Position numbers and translations under genes: made by a program. The notes beneath the pieces are model-generated. The model saw only the letters and a list, made by a program, of their open reading frames with translations, had not been told where the DNA came from and searched no databases. A stretch of 64,000 bases of DNA, taken from the NCBI GenBank assembly GCA_965216755.1, contig CBDCGL010000011.1, forward strand, positions 1,344,001-1,408,000, read 5' to 3'. Below, piece after piece: positions 56,801 to 64,000 of this stretch; position 1 is the stretch's first letter, and each line of letters opens with the position of its first letter. Source of the DNA: Alphaproteobacteria bacterium. Its GTDB lineage: Bacteria; Pseudomonadota; Alphaproteobacteria; UBA7887.

Positions 56801-57571
56801 AAATTCTTCGAACGCTCGTGCAATAAGTGCCGCCGATGTTGGATCTTTCAAACTCGATACATAGATCGGTAACGGGTTGAGGCACCGATCGGCAAGCGCG
56901 GTGATGAGCGCGTCGACCGGCGCCGTCGCGCCACCTTGCACAAGCGCGCGGTAGAAGATGAGACCGGCCACGGGCGCCGCCTCCCGCCACTGTTGCGCGA
57001 TGGAATCAAGGTCGGGTCGATCCAAACTCGGCCAATAGAGTGCCGTGCGCAGCAGCGGACGCGCTGGCGCCGCCTCCAACTCGTAGCCAACGCGCTGCGC
57101 CGCCGTCGCCATTAAATTGCGTCCGTTTTCGACGCCACCGTGAACCATATACTCCCAAAAACCGTGAACCGCGTCTGGCCCAACGGTCGAAAGAGATTGA
57201 AGCTCAGCGTCAGGCTGATCGTCACCTGGCACAAACACAACCGGAATATTCGCGGCGCGGCAGGCACCGCTGATTCGTTCGACGCCATAGGGCCAGTAGG
57301 CCACGCCTCCCAACAGCCGGACGATGACAATACGTGCATGGCAAACGACTTGTTCGACATATAAGTCAACGGACAGATTGTGGCCAAGCTGCATCAAATT
57401 GGCCAATCGCACGCTGGGAAATTCATCGCCAAGGTTTTGCCGGGCCGCGGCTAGGCAGGCGAGTTCGCTATCAGCCGCGGAGAGGATGACGATCTCCCCC
57501 GGACTTTGTCCGAGGTCGACGGCCTCGTTGCCGTCAGAGATTGCGCCGGCCTGGGTCGCCAGAAGATGCAT
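53822..57571 (-). CDS. cobN: Cobaltochelatase large subunit
   Basis: MHLL start, GKHGNLEWLPGK, DPGEGTQAKRR, LPTGRNFYSVD, NPKWI.G...HGYKG. Confidence 0.96.
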   Translation of the reverse strand: MHLLATQAGAISDGNEAVDLGQSPGEIVILSAADSELACLAAARQNLGDEFPSVRLANLMQLGHNLSVDLYVEQVVCHARIVIVRLLGGVAYWPYGVERISGACRAANIPVVFVPGDDQPDAELQSLSTVGPDAVHGFWEYMVHGGVENGRNLMATAAQRVGYELEAAPARPLLRTALYWPSLDRPDLDSIAQQWREAAPVAGLIFYRALVQGGATAPVDALITALADRCLNPLPIYVSSLKDPTSAALIARAFEEFPPDVILNATGFAVSRPGAARVPTPFEAADCPVLQVVFSGGHEATWRESARGLLPRDLAMNVVLPEVDGRIFSRAISFKAEARFDARTEHSVATYAPVTNRVAFVAELARAWARLRRNRRPQRKIALVLANYPNRAGRVGNGVGLDTPASTIAILQALAQAGYCVEGMPRDGAELIRLAQSVISRPGDPRAHGARGYALEDYCRFFVSLPGAVRDAVTARWGEPENDPSVIDGRFAVPVVAFGNVVVIVQPSRGYNVDPVKSYHDPALVPPHGYLATYGWLREEFGAHAIVHVGKHGNLEWLPGKAVALSEDCFPEAALGPVPHLYPFIVNDPGEGTQAKRRAQAVIVDHLTPPLTRADSYGPLKDLEALVDEYYEAAGVDTRRLGLLRTQILELARYLGLDHDCGFGEDTDDESALSQLDNYLCEIKEMQIRDGLHIFGHAPTGRQRDDLLTALVRVPRNAGEGADASLARALSADLGFDGFDPLDCEMASRWVGRRPAVLTGISDGPWRTCGDTVERIELLSAALISGEFDSPRTWSRTRAVLDHVSETVRQNVEQSGVAEIDGLLAGLDGRFVTPGPSGAPTRGRLDVLPTGRNFYSVDNRTVPTPAAWQLGWKSANLLIDDYRQREGSWPEALVVSAWGTANMRTGGEDIAQALAMMGVRPTWDSASRRVTAFEILPVRVLGRPRVDVTLRASGFFRDAFPTQLDLLDSAARAVAALDEPPRDNPMVARVQADTKRLIAEGTDAEVAASRAAHRIFGSMPGAYGAGLQALIDERCWESDVDLARAYLAWGGYAYGGGADGRAEHRMFERRLAGAQIVVHNQDNREHDLLDSDDYYQFEGGATAAIRHLSGEQPVVYHNDHSRPERPRIRTLQDEIGRVVRARVVNPKWIAGVMRHGYKGAFEIAATVDYLFAFAATTRMVADHHFDLVYDAFVEDKTVRGFMDRANPAAAREVAERLTEAQERGLWKPRSNRAPIRLRALAGQKSRETS

Positions 57572-57572
57572 G

Positions 57573-58661
57573 CTACCTGGCGCAAATCGCCTGCGTGATA
57601 CCGACCCGGTCTAACCCGGCAAAGCCGATCACAACCAGCCGACCGTGGCGCGGTTCGCCGTCGCGCCACGCGCGGTCGAAGTAGTGCTGAACTCTGTCAC
57701 CAACCGCCTGTACCAACAGGCGCATATCCTTACGGTCGACGGCAACAAACCCCTTCAGCCGCAGAATTTGGTGTTCCGCCATAATCCGGCGCAATCGATC
57801 CGTAAGCCCATCCGCCGATCGAACAGGCGCGAGATCTACGACAAAACTGTCGAACTCGTCATGCTCGTGATCACCCTCGTCATCTGTGTGCGAGGGACGC
57901 GACGCCAAATCGTTCTCTGCCGCGGCATCGATACCCAGCAGCACCGATGGATCGATGGCGCCGTGACGGGTCATCGCGATCTTCACAGCCGGGCGTAGGT
58001 TCTTCGTAATCGCCGCTTCGATCGCCGACCGCTGGTTCTGATCGACGAGGTCGGACTTGTTGACTACGACCAAATCCGCGCAAGCCAGTTGATCGGTGAA
58101 CAGCTCTTCCAGTGGGCTCTCGTGGTCCAGCGACGGGTCAAGCCGTCGTTGTTCATCGACCGCGCCCGGATCGCTGGCGAATTGGCCGGCGGCCACAGCT
58201 GGCGCGTCGACCACCGCCACCACACCGTCGACCGTGACTCGCGTGCGCACCTCTGGCCACGCAAACGCCTGCACCAAGGGTTTTGGGAGAGCAAGCCCAG
58301 AAGTTTCGATGACGATATGTTCGGGGCACGGGACACGTGCCAGCAACGCTTCGATCGTCGGCAGAAAATCGTCGGCAACAGTGCAGCAAATGCAGCCATT
58401 GGCGAGCTCGACGATGTCGTCCTCGCGACACACACTGCTACCACAGGATTTCAGCACCTCTCCATCAACGCCCAGATCGCCGAACTCGTTGATGATCAAC
58501 GCAATGCGCCGACCGGCCGCGTTTTCCAGCAAATGCCGGACTAGACTTGTTTTGCCCGCCCCGAGAAAGCCCGTGATGATCGTCGCCGGGATCTTCCCCG
58601 CGTTCTCGGACGAAAATGGCGCATGGTCACCGGCCAACGCAGGTACACGAAATTCGTTCAT
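57573..58661 (-). CDS. cobW: Cobalamin biosynthesis GTPase/metallochaperone CobW
   Basis: TGFLGAGKT, NEFG, ANGCICCTV, ETSGLALP, NKSD, His/Asp-rich linker. Confidence 0.96.
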   Translation of the reverse strand: MNEFRVPALAGDHAPFSSENAGKIPATIITGFLGAGKTSLVRHLLENAAGRRIALIINEFGDLGVDGEVLKSCGSSVCREDDIVELANGCICCTVADDFLPTIEALLARVPCPEHIVIETSGLALPKPLVQAFAWPEVRTRVTVDGVVAVVDAPAVAAGQFASDPGAVDEQRRLDPSLDHESPLEELFTDQLACADLVVVNKSDLVDQNQRSAIEAAITKNLRPAVKIAMTRHGAIDPSVLLGIDAAAENDLASRPSHTDDEGDHEHDEFDSFVVDLAPVRSADGLTDRLRRIMAEHQILRLKGFVAVDRKDMRLLVQAVGDRVQHYFDRAWRDGEPRHGRLVVIGFAGLDRVGITQAICAR

Positions 58662-58699
58662 CGATCCTCCCTCCGAGGATTGGGCTGGTGCCCAATCTG

Positions 58700-58870
58700 C
58701 CGAGCGGGTCTCCTGGCTCCGGATCTTTGGCCGACGGCGCCTTCCCAGCGCGTTCCGCGCCAGTGGCTTCGTGCCGCAGCCTAGCCGTTACAGTTGCGGG
58801 GGCAGCGCCGGCTTTTCCCATATCGCGGGTGGCACCGGCTTCCCTCATCTCGACGCGCCGACCCTATCAC
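58700..58870 (-). ncRNA. Cobalamin (B12) riboswitch upstream of cobW
   Basis: Minus strand has AGGGAAGCCGGTG...CCGGCGCTGCCCCCGCAACTGT...GCCACTGG...GGGAAGG...GAGCCAGGAGACCCGC (B12 box). Confidence 0.92.
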
Positions 58871-59001
58871 GCGCTCCCGTGCATGTAAAAGCTCGCCGGC
58901 GTCCATGAACTCGGCCACCTTATCGATGGCTTGAGGTGCTTCATTCGCCTAATAATGGCGCCGAAGGTCTGTAGGGAATAGTTGACGATCGGAGCGAGAT
59001 T

Positions 59002-60801
59002 ATGCCCCCAGCGCGACGCACTACGTGGATCATTGGGACGATGTTGTTGACGGTGGCGGCGCGTGCCTGGGCCGCGCCGGTGGACGAAACGCGGCTTCTT
59101 GCGGCAGCAGACGATGTCACAAATTGGCTGACCTTTGGCCGCGATTACTCCAACCAGCGCTTTAGCAAGCTTGATCAGATCAACCGCGAGTCGGTCAGCG
59201 GGCTCACCGTCGTTTGGGAACATCACACGGGCCTCAACGGTCCGTTCCAGACACAGCCACTGGTGGCCGACGGCATGATGGTGATCACCACGCCGCACAA
59301 CAACGTGACGACCCTAGACGCCGCCAGTGGCAATGTGTTGTGGCATTACGAACACGTCAAACGCGTTGAGAAAACGCGTGGCGGGCCGAGCAATCGCGGT
59401 CCCGCCATGGGTCACGGCAAGGTTTTCCAAGCAACAAACGATGGTCGCCTGATCGCGCTCGACCGAGACGATGGCACCTTGTTGTGGGACAGTCTTCTCG
59501 CCAGCCCAGCCCCTGGTGAAATCGAATCACTCGCCGCTTTCGGTGCGGAGTTTCAACAAGCCTTCGCGGCCGGCGTCGGATCATTCCCGGGAAAAATGCC
59601 GCCGCTTGTCGCCGACGGCAAAGTAATCGCGGGCGTGATCTCAGCGGGTTATGGAATCTATCAGGACCTTGCCGCAGATCTCGGGCTTGGCGGCCCACCC
59701 GAAGTGGAGACACGTAACGGGCGGCGCGGCTATCTGGCCGCTTTTGATGTCGAAAACGGCGCTGAACTTTGGCGCTGGCACACGACAAAGCCTGACGGCT
59801 GGGAAGGTGATTTCCGGGCGTCAACGGGCGATGGCGATGCCTTAAACCGCAACATCGAGGCTGAAAAAGCGGCCGCCGCCGACCATCGCGACGCGTGGCG
59901 CCGCGGCGGCGGCTCGACTTGGATGACGCCAGCCTACGACCCTGAATTGGGTTTGATCTTTGTCGGCACCGGCAACCCGTCGCCAGCCGATGCAGATCAA
60001 TTCCGACCGGGTGACAATTTGTACACAAGCGCGCTGGTAGCGCTTGACATCAAGACCGGCGCGGTTCGCTGGTACTACCAGATCGTGCCGCACGACATGT
60101 GGGGCTACGACGTCGCCGGCCCGCCAATTCTGTTTTATGTGCCGTCGGGTTATGATTCGCGGCCGGCCGTCGGCGTTGGCGCCAAGAACGGCTGGTTCTA
60201 TGCCTTCCAGCGCGAGACAGGCGGGCTGATCTTCAGATCGGGGGCGCTCGTGCCACAAAGCAATATGTACAGCCGCGGCACGGTTGACGGCGTGACATAT
60301 GCGCCAGGGTCTTTCGGCGGTGCATCATGGTCACCCAGCGCCTACCACGCCGGTACAGGGTTCATCTATGTGCCGGCTATTCACAAGCCGGCAACAATTT
60401 TCGAAAGATCGATCACCGACGAAGCGACCGGCAAATCCCTGAGGTTTAGCCTTACCGAATATGACGACGACATCGAGACGTGGGGAACTTTGAGCGCCAT
60501 CGATACCCGAGCCGCCGGCAAGATCGCGTGGCAGATCGAAACGCCGCAACCGCTGGTTGGCGGAGTCCTCGCCACCGCCGGAGATCTGGTCTTCTATGGC
60601 CAGGGCGACGGACATTTTGTCGCCGTCGATGCCGAATCCGGCAATCGGTTATGGTCCTTTGATTGCCGCGCGGGAGTCAACGCGCCACCGGTCACCTATG
60701 CGGTTGGCGGGCGCCAATATGTCGCTGTTGCGGCCGGCGGCAGCCGGTTCTTTGGATTTCCGCCCGGTGATTCAGTATTTGCTTTCGCCCTGCCCAACTA
60801 A
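59002..60801 (+). CDS. PQQ-binding beta-propeller dehydrogenase (quinoprotein alcohol dehydrogenase-like, non-canonical active site)
   Basis: Signal peptide, NWLTFGRDYSNQRFS.L.QIN, W-docking motifs, YDPELGLIFVGTGNP, RPGDNLY, GRQYVAVAAGG. Confidence 0.88.
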   Translation: MPPARRTTWIIGTMLLTVAARAWAAPVDETRLLAAADDVTNWLTFGRDYSNQRFSKLDQINRESVSGLTVVWEHHTGLNGPFQTQPLVADGMMVITTPHNNVTTLDAASGNVLWHYEHVKRVEKTRGGPSNRGPAMGHGKVFQATNDGRLIALDRDDGTLLWDSLLASPAPGEIESLAAFGAEFQQAFAAGVGSFPGKMPPLVADGKVIAGVISAGYGIYQDLAADLGLGGPPEVETRNGRRGYLAAFDVENGAELWRWHTTKPDGWEGDFRASTGDGDALNRNIEAEKAAAADHRDAWRRGGGSTWMTPAYDPELGLIFVGTGNPSPADADQFRPGDNLYTSALVALDIKTGAVRWYYQIVPHDMWGYDVAGPPILFYVPSGYDSRPAVGVGAKNGWFYAFQRETGGLIFRSGALVPQSNMYSRGTVDGVTYAPGSFGGASWSPSAYHAGTGFIYVPAIHKPATIFERSITDEATGKSLRFSLTEYDDDIETWGTLSAIDTRAAGKIAWQIETPQPLVGGVLATAGDLVFYGQGDGHFVAVDAESGNRLWSFDCRAGVNAPPVTYAVGGRQYVAVAAGGSRFFGFPPGDSVFAFALPN

Positions 60802-60869
60802 AGCCCTTTGCGGCCTGGTTCACGGTCCGGTGCGACAATCCACGCCCGGAATCACGCGCCGCCACCTTC

Positions 60870-62009
60870 TTAGGTCGACGGTTCAAACCATGTTGTCCCG
60901 GGAACCTGATAGCGTTGCGCGATAGCTTCATCGAGATCAACGCCAATCCCCGGCCGGTCGCTCATCGCGATGTAGCCATCTTGAATGATGTCAGATTTGT
61001 CGGTGATGATCGTCGTCCAGAAATCGCGGTGTAGCCAATGGAACTCAATGATCAGGAAATTCGGAATGCTGGCGCACACATGGCAGGACGCCATCGTGCC
61101 GATTGGCGAAGCGACATTGTGTGGCGCAAACGGCATGTAATAGAGCTCGGCCAGGTTGGCGATTTTGCGGCATTCCGAAAGCCCGCCGCATTTGGGAATG
61201 TCGGGCATGACGATGTCGACAGCCTGATGCTCAATGAGGCGCCGAAAACCGTGTCGGAGATAGAGATTTTCGCCCGCGCAGATCGGTGTTGTGGTCGTGC
61301 GTTTGACCTCACGCATGGCCTCCACATTCTCCGGTGGCACCGGCTCCTCCAACCAAAGCAGTGAAAACGGCTCGCAATCTTTTGCCAGCCGGATGGCGCT
61401 GCCGATGTCGAGTCGCGTGTGCACGTCAACCGCTACCGCTATATCAGGGCCCGCAGCGCGGCATGTCCGTTCGATGAGGGCCAACATGCGATCATGCTCG
61501 AATCGACTGGCGCTATGGTTGAATCGATCCTTGTGAGGAGCATCACCACCATCGACATCGATCTTGAGCGCGCTAAACCCTTTCGACAGCACGCTTTCGA
61601 CGATGCGATCCACATCGTCGATTGGGGTTTGCGGATCGATCTGACAATCGGCGTACACTCGAATGCGATCCCGGAATTTGCCGCCAAGCAACTCGTACAC
61701 CGGCACCTTGAGCGCCTTGCCTTTGAGATCCCATAACGCAAGTTCGATTCCGGTTAGCGCGGTAATCAAGGCGCCGGCAAAGCCACCATTGAAAACTTGT
61801 GATCTGCGCATTTCCTCGAACAGCGCGTCAATAGCGAACGGATCGTGCCCAATCAAGCGTGGGCGCAAGTCATGAATGATCGCAATTGCTTGCTTTTCCC
61901 CATGCACACACTCACCGAGTCCGGTGATGCCGGCATCCGTATCAACCTTGACCCACAAATGCATGCCATGACCCTGGCTCGCCGCCGTTCGCACATCTGT
62001 TATCTTCAT
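60870..62009 (-). CDS. Mandelate racemase/muconate lactonizing enzyme family protein (acid-sugar dehydratase-like)
   Basis: ALWDLKGK, KID, VDVH, WLEEP, GEN, PHN metal and catalytic motifs. Confidence 0.92.
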   Translation of the reverse strand: MKITDVRTAASQGHGMHLWVKVDTDAGITGLGECVHGEKQAIAIIHDLRPRLIGHDPFAIDALFEEMRRSQVFNGGFAGALITALTGIELALWDLKGKALKVPVYELLGGKFRDRIRVYADCQIDPQTPIDDVDRIVESVLSKGFSALKIDVDGGDAPHKDRFNHSASRFEHDRMLALIERTCRAAGPDIAVAVDVHTRLDIGSAIRLAKDCEPFSLLWLEEPVPPENVEAMREVKRTTTTPICAGENLYLRHGFRRLIEHQAVDIVMPDIPKCGGLSECRKIANLAELYYMPFAPHNVASPIGTMASCHVCASIPNFLIIEFHWLHRDFWTTIITDKSDIIQDGYIAMSDRPGIGVDLDEAIAQRYQVPGTTWFEPST

Positions 62010-62361
62010 GCTACCGTCTTTCGCCGAATGTTACGCTCACGCGCCCACTTCAGGTCTTTCAATCCATGTTACGACGATGCGACGCAACTATACCAGGCCA
62101 ACGCGGCTGGCCGCCGACCTTCGTCTATATTGCGTCGTCCAACCGGTACAACCGGCCAGGTTAATGCCATCGCCATGTGTCAGTCGGGAAACTATTTTTG
62201 TTTGTCATTTACTTATTGGTTAAGCAATATCTACCTACAAAAGTAAATCGGCATCTTTGTACCACCCCACTCCAAATCGTGTTCAAGACGTTTTGTGTTT
62301 CGGGCTTTTCTCGTGTCGCACATGGACCCGGGGGCGTTTGGCAACTTTGAAAGACCCACGA

Positions 62362-63756
62362 TCACGAAGGACCGGGCGTCGTGTGGTCGCGGCCGTGGCG
62401 ACGCGGCATATTGAGGGCGGCACGCCGGAAACCGCCGACATAGTGATCAAGCAGAATTGCATACATGAACAGCCGGTAACTACCAAGCACGTTGCCTTGC
62501 TTCTGCATAATGAAGAAGTGAAATACAAACAAAAGCCCGACGAGAAGACCGACCGTGCGCTCATAACCGGTCATCCATTGATTACGAAGCAAGATGTTAA
62601 AATTCGAGAACGTGTACGCAACAATACTCCAAAACAGAACGCTGCCAACAACGCCATGCTCTACAAGAATTTGCACTGGGATATTTTCAGGATACCATCT
62701 GACGTGACCGCCCGATTCCTCCAATCCGATGCCGAATACCATCGCGCCAAGGTCACGCGACCAGAATTTCAATAACCCCAATATCATTTTTAGTCGAATG
62801 TCGGCGTGTTCAATGAGCCGCTCACTCGAATAGCGGTCAGCCCAAACATCGACAATGCCGATACGATCCACCCAAACCGCAGCACCATGTAGCAGCTCCA
62901 ATGCAGTGGTCCGAACAATGAACGCCAGCACCACCACGCAGAGCAGAAAAAACATTGTGCCGAAAACAGACCACCCGATGCGTGCAATTAAAAACCAAAT
63001 CAAAAGGCACAGAACGAGAGCAAAAAGTTGACCCCGCGACTGAGAGTTTATAAGAACGATCAGTCCAAGGGCGATAGCGCCAATCTGCAGCAGTCGGTGT
63101 TTTATCGTTTTGGCTGGGATCGCGACGGCAATCAATACTGCCGTACCCGCAAATGTTCCGAACTCCAACGGATTTCCAATGAAACTGGGCTGGCCGCCAG
63201 TCAATACTTGAATGCGCCGGTTGCCCCAGTCCGCATCGATCACTAACAGCAACAGCAACGTGGCTGCGAATGGCAGAAAGATGTCGAATGCGCGGGCATA
63301 GTGTTCTGGCCGGCTGAGGAGCGAAGGAATGAATACCGTCGCCATCAGGATGCCGGGGACAATCTGTGTTTCAATGCTGTCGAGTGTCTTGTAGCCATCG
63401 CTCCAGGAAAGACTTCCGAATACATAACCACAAAAGAATAAAGTTACAATAAATACGCGATTATATGGAACATGAAGATTTTCTTCTTTTTGATACTTGG
63501 AAATAACAGCGATTAGGATTAAGCAGAAGAAAAATACATTTGTTATGTAGGAGTGCTCATACAGGTAAATAATTTTCGTCTGGGACCAAGTTTCAAATGA
63601 AAAAAGCACCAAGAGCGCGGCCAAGCCTACCGCCGGAACCCGAATGGCCGCAAACAAAAGACCTGACAGATACAGTGCAGAAACTGCTAGGGCCACAATT
63701 GCACGCCTCACATTGGGCACCGCCGGTTGATGCGCGAGGCATCGATGCGACGGCAA
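62362..63756 (-). CDS. O-antigen ligase/polymerase-like membrane protein
   Basis: About 11-12 TM segments, NPLEFG, SQSRG, R..MI...FGIG...PENI..QILVEHGVVG; lower GC; start uncertain. Confidence 0.72.
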   Translation of the reverse strand: MPSHRCLAHQPAVPNVRRAIVALAVSALYLSGLLFAAIRVPAVGLAALLVLFSFETWSQTKIIYLYEHSYITNVFFFCLILIAVISKYQKEENLHVPYNRVFIVTLFFCGYVFGSLSWSDGYKTLDSIETQIVPGILMATVFIPSLLSRPEHYARAFDIFLPFAATLLLLLVIDADWGNRRIQVLTGGQPSFIGNPLEFGTFAGTAVLIAVAIPAKTIKHRLLQIGAIALGLIVLINSQSRGQLFALVLCLLIWFLIARIGWSVFGTMFFLLCVVVLAFIVRTTALELLHGAAVWVDRIGIVDVWADRYSSERLIEHADIRLKMILGLLKFWSRDLGAMVFGIGLEESGGHVRWYPENIPVQILVEHGVVGSVLFWSIVAYTFSNFNILLRNQWMTGYERTVGLLVGLLFVFHFFIMQKQGNVLGSYRLFMYAILLDHYVGGFRRAALNMPRRHGRDHTTPGPS

Positions 63757-64000
63757 ACGTTACGGACCCAGTAATATCAAAGATCGCACGGAAATACCAC
63801 TAGTGGGTGTAAATTGTCGCACGTATGCTCGGGAAACTGGCGATTGGCGCTCACGAATACAGTTTTTTTCTCGGCACGTTGCTACTCGAGCTAACGCGAC
63901 ACGTACCGCTCCGAGCGACGCGTCCCAGTCCAACTGACTATGCCTCGCGGAAGTCTAAGCGCGGACCGTCGGCACCGTTGGCGCATTGCCGCAAGGCAGA

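Noticed and set aside
36448-58908. Numerous long antisense or overlapping ORFs across the cob cluster (e.g. 50652-51806, 54251-55330, 55754-56704)
   Set aside because: Typical high-GC shadow ORFs opposite well-supported genes.

Overview
GC-rich (about 60%) bacterial window, most likely from an alphaproteobacterium judging by cob gene order, cbtAB and the ycbB/ycbK pair. The most interesting region is about 0.7-15.7 kb, a minus-strand cluster with a clear sigma54 promoter. It encodes two secreted proteins made almost entirely of Gly-Met-Xaa triplets (roughly one residue in three is Met), two small secreted proteins that share a new ~15-aa aromatic motif with one of them, and a conserved periplasmic protein. 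These are followed by a pentaheme cytochrome c, a Tat-exported DmsA-like molybdoenzyme with DmsB and a TorD/DmsD chaperone but no DmsC, a polyferredoxin, a diheme-c sensor kinase with a sigma54 activator, and an MsrP methionine-sulfoxide reductase without MsrQ. My working hypothesis is an undescribed periplasmic methionine-polymer redox system (oxidant scavenging and recycling); a metal- or S/Se-globule scaffold is the alternative. The rest of the window holds an Ldh2-family dehydrogenase, an RND efflux pair, a methyltransferase/sulfotransferase/BFD cluster, and a VIT-vWA GlyGly-CTERM protein with a frameshifted rhombosortase and a TetR operator array. It also has peptidoglycan enzymes, a 22-kb hybrid cob/cbi cobalamin cluster with a B12 riboswitch and an inserted MITE, a non-canonical PQQ dehydrogenase, an enolase-superfamily dehydratase and a lower-GC O-antigen ligase/polymerase-like gene. 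All calls come from motifs read by eye; no database searches were run.
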